A stretch of DNA of 64,000 nt from Acidobacteriota bacterium (GTDB taxonomy: Bacteria > Acidobacteriota > Vicinamibacteria > Vicinamibacterales > UBA8438): contig PAUN01000021.1 of the NCBI GenBank assembly GCA_002712885.1, positions 45,804 to 109,803 of the forward strand, written 5' to 3'. The translations under genes and the position numbers were made by a program. The notes below the pieces were generated by a model that was not told the origin of the DNA, searched no databases, and saw only the letters and a program-made list of their open reading frames with translations. Below, piece by piece: positions 46,901 to 55,857 of this stretch (its first letter is position 1; the number at the start of each line of letters is the position of its first letter).

Positions 46901-47255
46901 CTTCCTCGCTCATGGCCCCGAGCGAGAGAGTAAATTCCAACTGAATGGTGCGGCCGAGTTCGAGCACGACGCCGGTTTGTGTCGCACGCCGGAAACCGGG
47001 CAACTCGGCGGTCACGTCCCAGTTGCCGGTCTGGAGGGCTGGTAGAAAGAAGCGTCCCTCGGCGTCGGTCACCCGCTCAATCGCGAAGCCGCTAGTCGGA
47101 TGACTCGCGCGCACCGTCGCACCCGGAAGGACGCCGCCGCTGGTGTCGACGACCAGACCGCTGATCTCGCCGGTGTTCGTCTGCGCGAAGACTCCGGCCA
47201 TCGCGGTCGCCAGCCAGATCAGACAGACAACTCCCGTTACTCGTTCCGTCCGCAT
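43986..47255 (-). CDS. TonB-dependent outer-membrane receptor with N-terminal carboxypeptidase-regulatory-like domain
   Basis: GEISGLVVDTSGGVLPGATVR (CarboxypepD_reg), a plug region (IPLNGRQFLQLAQL), a long beta-barrel, and C-terminal ...QFGLRYSF. Start at MRTERVTG (47255), followed by a signal peptide. Confidence 0.85.
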   Translation of the reverse strand: MRTERVTGVVCLIWLATAMAGVFAQTNTGEISGLVVDTSGGVLPGATVRASHPTSGFAIERVTDAEGRFFLPALQTGNWDVTAELPGFRRATQTGVVLELGRTIQLEFTLSLGAMSEEVTVRVSTPLLQTTTAEVSDVIETREVEQIPLNGRQFLQLAQLSDAVVIPPGGTRGGALQQAGPLPNVGGQRAGHNIYLLDGFKVTDELFNNLVINPSIDSIQEFKIQKSQYPAEFGGKASALINVATKAGANRFHGSVFEFIRDDRFDAYNFFDDRSQPVPPLDQQQYGGSLGGPIVTDRTFFFLSYERQDTRRSLTSTFSVPDAATRGGDFSGWDPICDPSTINRATGACTPFAGNQIPADRLDPLALTFLGNVPLPNGEGQFQNLTSAESQDKDVHQFSLRVDHRLTERDQLFVRFSSFDADEVQPFGTSVLQETLVPGFGRTLDTTARNLGISHTRTIGVNMLNELRFGFMRVNGGQRSVNVGSDFATQVGLLGVSTNPRDTGFPQISTAGLFSTMGDPTTFVSRDNEHFELYDNFLIDRGAHRLKFGGYLFHLRFRPVNADTARGAFSYTGQWTGNALGDFLLGFPTSARSGVGGGDENARTTWLHLYAQDDWRARDNLSINYGVRYEYNSHMKDVDNRLSTIDFSVPGGRYVIASDDAGNISPEAEAMLPLIPIPWVTSAEAGWDRSLLRPSKLRLAPRLGFALSLDRERPTVIRGGYGVFLNQWAYSVQTAFTRNLPFFSLKQVDAPSDQLVPTLRTNDILAGDAAGNLGGTIMDNNYQVEYTQTWSGGLQIEALPQTMFEVAYMGSYTIGADNSTIRNVPVPGPGPINERRPIPQLSAVRAIRFDGTSIYHAVTLKAERRFNGRFSFNTAYTLSQSRDDASSPGATAFEANVPQDVRNIFPGEEALSSFHHRHQFVASGSYHLPFFEGAGGAAQALGAGWRVNVIATLQSGAPFTVNLGQDVANIGSGPAQRPNQIGDPTLPASQRSAEQWFNTAVFTQPDLFMFGSALRNSVFAPGLAVVDLSIQKDWPIGDDDRFEVRWEIFNLLNRANFDVPNRIFGTPNFGRIFSAQNAREMQFGLRYSF

Positions 47256-47367
47256 TCCGACCCCTAAACAACTTCCATAACCAACAAACCCGACCGTGAC
47301 GAACGGGAAGCAATCGCCCCAGGTCGTCAACTCCCCATTGTATTGCGGCAGTGACCCACGCCGCGGC

Positions 47368-47640
47368 TCAACCGTCGGACACTGAACGGCGCCACCACGA
47401 TTGCATGCGCCTGGCTGCCTCCGGCCCCGCGATGACCGCGCCGCCCCAGAACGCGACCTCGGCGACGATGACGACACTGGTGGCCACGACGCCGCGTGCG
47501 GCGACGCTCAAGGGCAGAAACGGCACCCCCAGCAGCACGAGCCACAGAGGCAGCGACCCTGCCATGAGCACCACCCCGACCCGGGTCCATCGGCGGCGCG
47601 TGCTGGCAGCGGCGTCACTACATGATCCGTTCTGGGTCAT
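47368..47640 (-). CDS. small two-TM membrane protein
   Basis: MTQNGSC...WTRVGVVLMAGSLPLWLVLLGVPFLPL...VVATSVVIVAEVAFWGGAVIAG has two hydrophobic helices. It lies upstream of, and co-directional with, the TonB receptor. Confidence 0.45.
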   Translation of the reverse strand: MTQNGSCSDAAASTRRRWTRVGVVLMAGSLPLWLVLLGVPFLPLSVAARGVVATSVVIVAEVAFWGGAVIAGPEAARRMQSWWRRSVSDG

Positions 47641-47908
47641 GGCGGAACCATAGTTGAGCAACCGGTATCTAATCGGATCTAGAGCTTCCGCGAGTCAATC
47701 CAGTCGGCCTCGTCAAACACCCTGACGACTACGCCGTTACCGCGCGGGTCTAATCTCGCGGATTGCACGTCGGCGCCGCCATCTTATTTAGCACATTCGT
47801 GACCGTCAGCCTCGCGACAACCGTCATCAGCCTGGGTGCCTACTCCCTGACCTCGGGGACCAGCCCCATCGGCCGCCTGTTCTAGGATTTCCTGGCGAGC
47901 CGTCATCA

Positions 47909-49063
47909 TTACCCGCAACCTCGACCCTCGGCGGCCACCGCCAACACTTGTTCAGCGGCGCGACGGCTGGCGCCTGGCCCGCCGAGCTTCTCACGAACCT
48001 CCCGTAGATCGGCCCGCGTTCGTGCGGCATGCGCCTCATCGGTGAGAAACCGCACCGCCTCGGCCGCCACCACTTCCGGCGTGAAGTCCTCCTGCAGAAA
48101 CTCGGGGACGATCTTCCGCTCGGCCACCAGGTTCACCATCCCGAACGCATCCACGCGCACGAAACGCCGACCCAACAGATAGGTCAACGGCGATAGGCGG
48201 TAAACCACAACCATCGGCCGGCCGTGGATGGCGGTTTGCACAGTCGCGGTGCCGGACGCCGTCAGCACGACGTCGGCGGCGGCCAGCACGTCGTTCGTCC
48301 GTCCTTCGACGACACACGCCGGTCGCGAGGTGACCGCTTCCAGCGCGCGAAGTGGCTCAAGCAGGGCGTCCGTCACGTGCGGCGCGCGAGCCACGACGAA
48401 CTGCACCGTCGGCACCGCGTGCGCGATACGCTCCGCCGCGCACACCAGGTCGGGCAGAATGAGGCGCACCTCGTTCGACCGGCTGCCCGGAAGCACCGCG
48501 ACCGTCGGGGCCTGGGGGTCGAGCCCGTGTTCTTGTCGAAATGGGCCCCGAAGGACGGTGGGTGCCGCCAGATCGAACAGCGGGTGTCCCACAAACGTGA
48601 CCGGAATCGCGTGGTCGCGATAGAGTCGCTCCTCGAACGGAAAAATCACCAGCGCACGGGTCACAAACCGCTGCATCGCCCGGAGCCGGCCCCGGCGCCA
48701 GGCCCACACTTGAGGGCTCACGTAGTACACCACCGGGATGCCGAGCGCCGCGACCGCGCGACAGAGCCGAAAGTTGAACCCCGAATAGTCAATCGCCACG
48801 AGAACGTCCGGACGTTCCTCACCAGCGATCCGCACCAGACGGCGATACGTCGTCCACAGCCGCGGAAGCGCCGGCAGCACCTCCGTCAGGCCGGTGACGG
48901 CCAGCCCCCGGTAGTCGGCCACCAACCGCCCGCCGGCCGACGCAAGACACGCGCCTCCCAGGCCGAATACCTCGGCGTTCGGCTCGAGCCGTCGAATCTC
49001 GGAGGTCAGCGCGCCGGCATACAGGTCGCCCGACGGTTCCCCGCACGACAGCATCACCTTCAT
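47909..49063 (-). CDS. lpxB: lipid-A-disaccharide synthase
   Basis: MKVMLSCGEPSGDLYAGALTSEIRR (GExSGD motif), GT-B fold length, and VLPGSRSNEV are present. Confidence 0.88.
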   Translation of the reverse strand: MKVMLSCGEPSGDLYAGALTSEIRRLEPNAEVFGLGGACLASAGGRLVADYRGLAVTGLTEVLPALPRLWTTYRRLVRIAGEERPDVLVAIDYSGFNFRLCRAVAALGIPVVYYVSPQVWAWRRGRLRAMQRFVTRALVIFPFEERLYRDHAIPVTFVGHPLFDLAAPTVLRGPFRQEHGLDPQAPTVAVLPGSRSNEVRLILPDLVCAAERIAHAVPTVQFVVARAPHVTDALLEPLRALEAVTSRPACVVEGRTNDVLAAADVVLTASGTATVQTAIHGRPMVVVYRLSPLTYLLGRRFVRVDAFGMVNLVAERKIVPEFLQEDFTPEVVAAEAVRFLTDEAHAARTRADLREVREKLGGPGASRRAAEQVLAVAAEGRGCG

Positions 49064-49179
49064 GCCAGGTGTCATAGAAAGGCCGTCTGCATGACCTGGC
49101 CCCATGGGGTGGCAGCCATGCGACGTCTGGTTGCTAAAGAAGCCCTTGCGCGCCGCATGTCGACGGCGGTGCGCGAGTG

Positions 49180-50673
49180 TCAGGGAGCCAACAGGGGAGA
49201 GTCGAAGACGGCTTGGGCCGTGCCTGATCCGAGAAACCGCTCAAGGTCGGCAACTGACAGCACCTCCACATCTCCGAACCCGACCCCGGCCAGATCACCC
49301 ATGAACGTTGCCGCCTCGCCGACCAGCACGACCGACAACCGTTGCGGCTGGAGATACTCGCGCGACACGCGCTGGATGTCGTCGACCGTCACCGCGTTGA
49401 TCCGCTGCGGATACCTCGGCAAATCGTCGAGGTCGAGACCATATAGGAGCGACTCGAGCACCTGCGCGGCGATCGCGTTCGGCGCCTCGATCGTCAACGG
49501 GAACGTGCCCGACAGATACGCCTGCGCATTTTCTAGTTCACGGCGCGAGACCCGCTCGCGCCGCAGACGCGAGACCTCTTCGACCATGAGTCGTAGCGCT
49601 TCGGCGGTGGCATCGGATCGGGTGTCGGTCTTCGCCATGAAGTCGCCACCAAACCGACGGCTTGCCACATCGGCCGAGGCGGCATAGGTCAGCGACCGTT
49701 CGGTGCGAAGCACGCTGCCGAGCCGGTTCCCCCCTTCGCCACCCAGAATCTTCAGCGCGACGTCGAACGTCAGGTGATCCGGGCTGTCGCGGGGCAACGC
49801 CACGTGTCCGACCCGAATCGCCGTCTGCACTGAGCCGGGTTTGTCGACAACGACGACACGACGGATGGGCTCGGGCAGTTCCGTGCTGGGCGACGGTGGC
49901 AGCGGTCGACGCTCCCAGTCGCTGAACACCCGCTCCACCGACGCAAACGCCTCTTCCGCCGCGACGTCACCCACAATCGCCACCAGAGCGTTGTTGGGCG
50001 CATAGTGAGCCATGTGGAAGTCCTGAAGATCCTCCTGCGAGATACTCAGGACGGACTGCCGCGTACCGTTGTGCGGCATGCCGTACGGATGCTCCCCATA
50101 GACCAACCGACTAAACACCACGCCGGCCAGATAGGCCGGATCATCGAGGCTGACCTGGATGCCCGACAGCACCTGCTGGCGCTGGCGCTCGATTTCAGCC
50201 AGTTCGAATGATGGCGTCCTGGTGATCTCGGCCAACAGATCGACCGCGAAGTCGAAGCTGTCGCGCATGACGAGCACGTTGACGAAACTCAGATCCGTCC
50301 CGGCTCCCACGCTGAGCACCCCGCCGACATAGTCGATGGCTTCGGCGATCTCGGTTGCCGTCCGTGTCGCGGTGCCCTGGTCGAGCAACTGGCCCACGAG
50401 CGCGGCCACGCCTTTCTTGCCAATGGGATCGGACGCGGCGCCGGCCCCGACCATCAGCCGCAAATTGACAGCCGGCTGCTCGTGGTGCATCACCACCACG
50501 ACCTGCAAGCCATTAGACAGCGTCCGGATCTCATACGGCGGGAAGTGCACCTGCCGGGCCGGCAGCGGCGGCGGCGGACTTTCACGCGGCCAATCGAGCG
50601 GTTGTTGGGCGGACGCAGTCGCGCACCCCAGCGCCAGCACCACCACGGCCCAACCGCCCCATCCGCGTGTCAT
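49180..50673 (-). CDS. M16 (pitrilysin) family peptidase subunit lacking the HxxEH zinc motif (probable non-catalytic partner)
   Basis: M16 fold pattern, but the zinc-motif position reads GVAALVGQLLDQG. ATGA start/stop overlap with the upstream M16 gene at 50670-50673. Confidence 0.8.
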   Translation of the reverse strand: MTRGWGGWAVVVLALGCATASAQQPLDWPRESPPPPLPARQVHFPPYEIRTLSNGLQVVVVMHHEQPAVNLRLMVGAGAASDPIGKKGVAALVGQLLDQGTATRTATEIAEAIDYVGGVLSVGAGTDLSFVNVLVMRDSFDFAVDLLAEITRTPSFELAEIERQRQQVLSGIQVSLDDPAYLAGVVFSRLVYGEHPYGMPHNGTRQSVLSISQEDLQDFHMAHYAPNNALVAIVGDVAAEEAFASVERVFSDWERRPLPPSPSTELPEPIRRVVVVDKPGSVQTAIRVGHVALPRDSPDHLTFDVALKILGGEGGNRLGSVLRTERSLTYAASADVASRRFGGDFMAKTDTRSDATAEALRLMVEEVSRLRRERVSRRELENAQAYLSGTFPLTIEAPNAIAAQVLESLLYGLDLDDLPRYPQRINAVTVDDIQRVSREYLQPQRLSVVLVGEAATFMGDLAGVGFGDVEVLSVADLERFLGSGTAQAVFDSPLLAP

Positions 50674-52082
50674 TCCTCGTCTCCCGGTCTCAGGAACGAC
50701 CGACCAGCTGGTGCCGGCGGCTGGATCGTCAACACGAGCCGGTTCTCCTTGGTGAAATAGGTCCGCGCAACCCGTTGCACGTCCTCCTTCGTAATGTTCA
50801 TGAAGATGTCGAACTCGGCGTCCGCGGTCGTGATGTCGTCATGGATGACGGCCGCATGGGACAGATGGCTGGCCTTCTGCTCGACCGTAGCTCGGGTAAA
50901 GACATAGTCGCGCGCGAACTGATTCTTGGCCTGCTGCAGTTCCCGGTCGGTGATGAATTCATTCTTCAACCGGTCGAGCTGGTCAATCAGCGCCTGCTCG
51001 GACTCGACCGGCGTACGACCCGGCTGCACCAGGGATACGGCGTAGAACAGGTTCGGGTCGTCGATGATGGTGCCCTGCCCGAACGCCGAGACCGCGAGCT
51101 GATCGTCATACACGAGCCGCTGGAAGATCCGCGAGCTCTGTCCGTCAGACAGCACCTTCACAGCGATGTGCAGCGGATAGGCATCAGGGTGCCCATCGTA
51201 GGTGATATGGTGCGCCACAATCACGGCCGGGAGCGGCCAGTTTTCGGTCTGAGTCAGCGTGATGCGTCGTTCACCGGTCTGTGGCGGCTCGCGCGGAATG
51301 TCGCGTGGCACCGGATGGGCGGCTTTCGGCACCCGATCGAAGTACTGCTTCACTAAGGCCAGCGCTTCGCTCGACTCGAAGTCGCCCACCAGCACCAGCG
51401 TGGCATTCTCCGGCACGTAGTAGGTGTCGAAGAACTCCTGGACGTCGTCCACCGACGCCGCCTCAAGGTCAGCCATGCTCCCAATCGGCGTGTGCTTGTA
51501 GGGATGAACCGAATACGCCTGGTCGTACATGATCTCGGAGAGGAGTCCGAACGGCGTATCCTCGTACCGCCAGCGACGCTCCTCCTTGACCACCTGACGT
51601 TCCGACTCGAACGTCTCCTTGTCGATGCGCAGCGTGGCCATCCGATCCGCCTCGAGCCAGAGAATCAGTGGGAGATACTGTGACGGCACCGTCTCGACGT
51701 AGGTCGTCGCGTCCTCCGTCGTATAGGCGTTGCCGTCTCCCCCGACCCGCGAGATCAGCGTCAAGTGCGAGTCTGACAACACATTGTGGGACCCCTTGAA
51801 CATCAGATGCTCGAACAGATGCGCAAACCCGGTGCGCCCCGGCCGCTCGTTCTTGGACCCGACGTGATACACCAGCTCCGAACGCACAATCGGAGTCGAG
51901 TGGTCCTCGGACAAGACCACCGTCAATCCATTGTCGAGCTTGTGAATTTCGTAGTCGAATTTCGGCGGCCTGACCGCCGTCTCCACCGTGGCCGAGAAGA
52001 CGACCATCCCGGCCACAGCTGAGACCGCGCAGACCCACGGAAGCCGACCCGACGCGAGACGCATGATGGGACGCATGATCAA
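50670..52082 (-). CDS. M16 (pitrilysin) family zinc peptidase, catalytic subunit
   Basis: GFAHLFEHLMFKG is the inverted zinc motif HxxEH, and a downstream Glu region (EERRWRYED) is present. Signal/anchor at the N-terminus. Confidence 0.85.
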   Translation of the reverse strand: MIMRPIMRLASGRLPWVCAVSAVAGMVVFSATVETAVRPPKFDYEIHKLDNGLTVVLSEDHSTPIVRSELVYHVGSKNERPGRTGFAHLFEHLMFKGSHNVLSDSHLTLISRVGGDGNAYTTEDATTYVETVPSQYLPLILWLEADRMATLRIDKETFESERQVVKEERRWRYEDTPFGLLSEIMYDQAYSVHPYKHTPIGSMADLEAASVDDVQEFFDTYYVPENATLVLVGDFESSEALALVKQYFDRVPKAAHPVPRDIPREPPQTGERRITLTQTENWPLPAVIVAHHITYDGHPDAYPLHIAVKVLSDGQSSRIFQRLVYDDQLAVSAFGQGTIIDDPNLFYAVSLVQPGRTPVESEQALIDQLDRLKNEFITDRELQQAKNQFARDYVFTRATVEQKASHLSHAAVIHDDITTADAEFDIFMNITKEDVQRVARTYFTKENRLVLTIQPPAPAGRSFLRPGDEE

Positions 52083-52203
52083 ATTATCGCATAGCTACGA
52101 GTGGAGCCGCCGGGCGGGCGCCTGGGCTAGCGAAGTGCCTGAACCCAGCACCCAGGGAAAAGCGGGCGCGTGGCTGATCCCGGACCCGGCGGTAAAACTC
52201 CGC

Positions 52204-52234
52204 GGCCGCGTGGGATTCGGGGCGCAGCCCCGTC
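52204..52234 (-). repeat. B-type module, partial copy B3
   Basis: GGCCGCGTGGGATTCGGGGCGCAGCCCCGTC matches the core of B1. Confidence 0.65.
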
Positions 52235-52240
52235 AAAGGA

Positions 52241-52302
52241 ATACCCAGGCGGGATATGACCGACGCAGCAACGCCGCCACATGGACGCCCCGCCTGGAGA
52301 CC
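52241..52302 (-). repeat. A-type repeat, stop-proximal half (A6, diverged)
   Basis: ATACCCAGGCGGGATATGACCGACGCAGCAACGCCGCCACATGGACGCCCCGCCTGGAGACC aligns with the inner hairpin plus stop-proximal arm of A4. It ends in the TAG of the 52302-53117 gene. Confidence 0.7.
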
Positions 52303-53117
52303 TACTTGCTCAGGAACCTGAACCCGACCATGGTGAACGAGGTGGGTTCCAGATCAAAAAGGTCGGCGTCGATGCGTCGTTCCCGCGAGAGAAACACCTC
52401 GCCGGCACCAGCGCGCCCGGGGAATCGTGCGCCAATCTCGATCCGGCCGCCGAACTGGTCCCTACGGTCACGCTCGGTGCCGTCCACGGACACCAACGTC
52501 ACCTCCCCCCCGGCGATAAGCGATACGCGACGATTCAAGGTTCGGTCGGCCCGAATGCTCCCACCCATTTCCCCGGTGTAGTCCACGAACGAGCGTCGGA
52601 CCGTCTTGAGCAGACGATACCCGATGTCGAAGTCCCATCCAGCCACGACCAGCGGAGTGGTGAACTGGAACCCCAGCATGTTCCATGCGATCGCAAAGTC
52701 CTTGTCGCGGTCGCTCAGATGGCGTGACACGTGGTGAAAAGTCAAGCCCAGTTCAGCATCGGGGATGACAGTGCGCCACCACGCGGACAAGTCCACCGTG
52801 TAGTTACCCTGATTGGGGTCGATGGCCCGAATCTGGCGACCAAAAATGGTCTCGACGTTGACCAGTAGGTTCCCCCGAAAGTACCGGAGGTCGAACACAT
52901 CCAGGTCTCCGCCAAAGTCTGTATCCCAGACGAAATTGTCGTTGTCTGAATTGAGGCGCAGGGCGTTCAGGTGGAATCGGTAATTGGTCAGGAACCCTGG
53001 GCTCGGCGGTGTCTGAGCCGCGGTGGAGGCGGCGCTACTGGTCTGGGCGACCACCCCCGAAGAGTTCACGACCAGTGCGCCGAGGCAGAGGGCGACGACA
53101 GCGACAGCGCGAGACAT
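52302..53117 (-). CDS. putative outer-membrane beta-barrel protein
   Basis: Signal peptide MSRAVAVVALCLGALVVNSSGVVAQ, alternating strand pattern, and an aromatic-rich C-terminus (...MVGFRFLSK). Confidence 0.55.
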   Translation of the reverse strand: MSRAVAVVALCLGALVVNSSGVVAQTSSAASTAAQTPPSPGFLTNYRFHLNALRLNSDNDNFVWDTDFGGDLDVFDLRYFRGNLLVNVETIFGRQIRAIDPNQGNYTVDLSAWWRTVIPDAELGLTFHHVSRHLSDRDKDFAIAWNMLGFQFTTPLVVAGWDFDIGYRLLKTVRRSFVDYTGEMGGSIRADRTLNRRVSLIAGGEVTLVSVDGTERDRRDQFGGRIEIGARFPGRAGAGEVFLSRERRIDADLFDLEPTSFTMVGFRFLSK

Positions 53118-53151
53118 GGGCGTAGTGTGCCGATGTGATGAGCGGTCGCGG

Positions 53152-54204
53152 TTATTCAGTGGATGATCGATGGGTCTCGAGCTCGGCCAGGCGGCGTTCC
53201 AGCGCGGCCACCTTCTTTCGCAATGCCGGCAGCATCTGGAAGGACGCCGCCGCCTTTCGCCACGCTCGATTGTCGATGGCGGGCAAGCCCGAAATGAAGG
53301 AGCCTGACGGGACCGAGTTGGTAATCCCTGTCTGCCCCGTGGCACGGGTCCCTTCGCCGATGGTCACGTGTGAGTTGACCCCAACCTGCCCAGCCAGCAC
53401 GACTGAGTCTTCGACGGTGGTGCTGCCCGCAATGCCCACCTGCGCCGCCAGCAACGTGTTACGCCCGACCCGAACGCCGTGCCCAATCTGAACGAGATTA
53501 TCAATCTTGGCACCCGCGCGGATCCGAGTTTCACCGATCGCGGGACGATCGATGGCCACGTGGGCGCCAATCTCCACATCCGCCTCGAGCACGACATCGC
53601 CGAGCTGCGGGATTTTCTCGTGGGTGCCGTCGGGCCGCTGGGCGAACCCGTACCCGTCGCTCCCTATCACCGCCGCGTTTTGCACGATGACCCGATCCCC
53701 GATAACCACCCGCTCCCGCACGGCCACATGCGAATGGATGACACAGTCGGCGCCGATGGCGGCGCCCGGGCCGATGTGCACGCCGGGGTGCACGATCGTC
53801 CGTGAGCCCACCGACGCGCCGGACCCGATCGACACGAACGGGCCGATCGACACACCCTCCCCGAGGCTCACGTCCGGGGCGATGCTCGTCGCCGGGTCCA
53901 CACCGGGAGCGGGTCTGATCTCGTTGCCAAACAATCCGACCGCACGCGCCACCGCGAGAGATGGCGTCGCGGTGCGCAACATCGGACACGGTGCGGCCTC
54001 GGCGTCCTCACCCAGGATCACCGCCGTCGCACGGGTCGAACGCAGCGCGCTCACATAGCGGGAACTGGTAAGAAAGGTGAGGTCCCCGGGTTGCGCAACA
54101 TCGATCCCGGTCAGCCGATGGACATCGACCTCACCATCGCCGTCGAGCCTGCACGCTAGGCGCTCGGCCACTTCGCTGAGCTTCAAATCGGCGCAGTATA
54201 GCAT
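53152..54204 (-). CDS. lpxD: UDP-3-O-acylglucosamine N-acyltransferase
   Basis: The N-terminal uridine-binding domain (LSEVAERLACRLDGDGEV...PGDLTFL) is followed by a long left-handed beta-helix of hexapeptide repeats and a C-terminal helix. Confidence 0.88.
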   Translation of the reverse strand: MLYCADLKLSEVAERLACRLDGDGEVDVHRLTGIDVAQPGDLTFLTSSRYVSALRSTRATAVILGEDAEAAPCPMLRTATPSLAVARAVGLFGNEIRPAPGVDPATSIAPDVSLGEGVSIGPFVSIGSGASVGSRTIVHPGVHIGPGAAIGADCVIHSHVAVRERVVIGDRVIVQNAAVIGSDGYGFAQRPDGTHEKIPQLGDVVLEADVEIGAHVAIDRPAIGETRIRAGAKIDNLVQIGHGVRVGRNTLLAAQVGIAGSTTVEDSVVLAGQVGVNSHVTIGEGTRATGQTGITNSVPSGSFISGLPAIDNRAWRKAAASFQMLPALRKKVAALERRLAELETHRSSTE

Positions 54205-54277
54205 GCGCTCCGGCGGCCCCGAACAAGCCACCGAAGGTCGACACCCGTGGTGTGTCTCACGAATAGCAGCCCGTTCG

Positions 54278-54985
54278 CTAGATCAAGGTGGCCAGATGGA
54301 CGAGTTGCAGTTCGGCGGCGAGTTCACCGAGTCGGCGATGCCGCTCAGTCGCGGGCAGTCTCAGGGCTGCGCGCACCGCGGTGAGCGGCTCGCTTGGACG
54401 CTCAGACCAGCTCACAAGATCGACCCCACGCCGGGCACCCTGAAACGCGAACCAGTGCCCGGTCGTCTTGGCGGCGAAATACCAGGAAATGAGATTGGGC
54501 CCGGGCACGAAGAAAAACAAGGGGCCGAAGACCGCGGTCACCAGCCCATCCACCACCATCCAGAAGCGATGGTGATCGCGATCGCGACGGAGGGTGGTGT
54601 GGACAATCGACCGCGCGCGGCCAGCATCAATATCGTCCGGAAACACGAGGGTCGCCGTATCCTGATGCCGTAGGTGCCAGAGGAGACGCTGCTCGGCCAC
54701 CCACTCTGCCATGCCGCGCACGACGCTCGCGCGCAAGCGGGCGACCCAGCTCTCGGATCGTGGCGCGTCGGTGAGTTCCGAACGCCGCTTCTGGGGGGCG
54801 TCCGTGTCAGGCGCCAGCGACTCGCGAACGCGGCGAAACAGGCGGCCGGTCACGCCTGCGTGGTCCATGTCGGGTGGTTCGCAGTAGAGCTCGTAGCTCG
54901 TCTCGCCCGCCGGGACAAGAAACACTTCCATGGGATCGAATGTGCCACGCTCGCGTTGGGCGTCTGGTGTATCTGGCTCTGTCAC
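54278..54985 (-). CDS. hypothetical membrane-associated protein
   Basis: 235-aa ORF with one or two hydrophobic helices (FWMVVDGLVTAVFGPLFFFVPGPNLISWYFAA). No domain recognised. Confidence 0.5.
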   Translation of the reverse strand: MTEPDTPDAQRERGTFDPMEVFLVPAGETSYELYCEPPDMDHAGVTGRLFRRVRESLAPDTDAPQKRRSELTDAPRSESWVARLRASVVRGMAEWVAEQRLLWHLRHQDTATLVFPDDIDAGRARSIVHTTLRRDRDHHRFWMVVDGLVTAVFGPLFFFVPGPNLISWYFAAKTTGHWFAFQGARRGVDLVSWSERPSEPLTAVRAALRLPATERHRRLGELAAELQLVHLATLI

Positions 54986-55066
54986 ACGGTCGTCTTCCGG
55001 ACCCTGAAGGACACACCGGTCTCCCTGGTCAGATTGAGCAGGTCTCTTGTACTATGACGCATTCTC

Positions 55067-55699
55067 ATGACCACGCGTTCAGCTCGCAGCTCGCTCGGCG
55101 TGTGTCTGTGCCTCTTGGCACTGTCCCCTGGTTGGGCCTCCGGCCAGGAGCCTGGCACCGTCGAGCTACTCGTCAGAGTCTTCGACGGACTCCAGGACGT
55201 GACCGCTGACTGTCGGATTTCGGTCTATGCAGCCACGTCGCGCGAGACGGCCGTGACGGCCGAACCGGACACCGACGGCTGGTCCCACGCCGAGGTCCCG
55301 GCCGGCTTCTACGATCTGCAGGTCGCCAGCCGAGACGCGAACGGTGTCATTGCGATCACCTGGGCGGAACAGCGGTCGGTGCTCCAATATTCCGACGAGG
55401 CGGGACAGCACCGAGAGATCATCAACGTGCAGCCGGGCTTCGGGGCCCTCTTGGTGCAACCTCCAGCAGCGTGGATCGGCCCTGACCGGACCTGGCGGGT
55501 CGGCGCCTTCCTGCACGGCGGTATAGGACGCGCAGAATTCGCTCCGACCAACGACGGCGACGCGACGCCTCGGGTGTTCATTCTCCCGGGCGGTCGCTAC
55601 GACCTCACCGCACAACGGGGTGCCGTTGAGGTGTCTGCCACCGATATCGAAGTCCCGGCCGGACACACCCGCCTGACGTGGCTTCCCGCCGTGCCCTGA
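55067..55699 (+). CDS. secreted hypothetical protein with two beta-sandwich-like repeats
   Basis: Signal peptide LGVCLCLLALSPGWASGQE. Internal repeat EVPAGFYDLQV / ILPGGRYDLTA / EVPAGHTRLTW is reminiscent of CarboxypepD_reg-like domains. Confidence 0.5.
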   Translation: MTTRSARSSLGVCLCLLALSPGWASGQEPGTVELLVRVFDGLQDVTADCRISVYAATSRETAVTAEPDTDGWSHAEVPAGFYDLQVASRDANGVIAITWAEQRSVLQYSDEAGQHREIINVQPGFGALLVQPPAAWIGPDRTWRVGAFLHGGIGRAEFAPTNDGDATPRVFILPGGRYDLTAQRGAVEVSATDIEVPAGHTRLTWLPAVP

Positions 55700-55857
55700 T
55701 GTCGTGGCGCAAACGCCGCTGCCTGTCGACCGGCGCGATGAGCGTGACGAGCGACGGAGAGGGCAGAAGCAAATTGGGCGCCGGGAGCGTACGGTCCCCG
55801 GCGCCCAAGCAATGGTGCAGCAGGCTGACGTCAGCCTGCTGCTGAACTACCTCCGCC

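Noticed and set aside
47740-47761. Hairpin CCGCG-N12-CGCGG downstream of lpxB, considered as a terminator
   Set aside because: It has only a 5-bp stem with a 12-nt loop and no T-tract, which is too weak to call.
48224-49687. 487-aa ORF on the plus strand
   Set aside because: It is antisense to lpxB and the M16 gene, spans an intergenic gap, and is Arg-rich.
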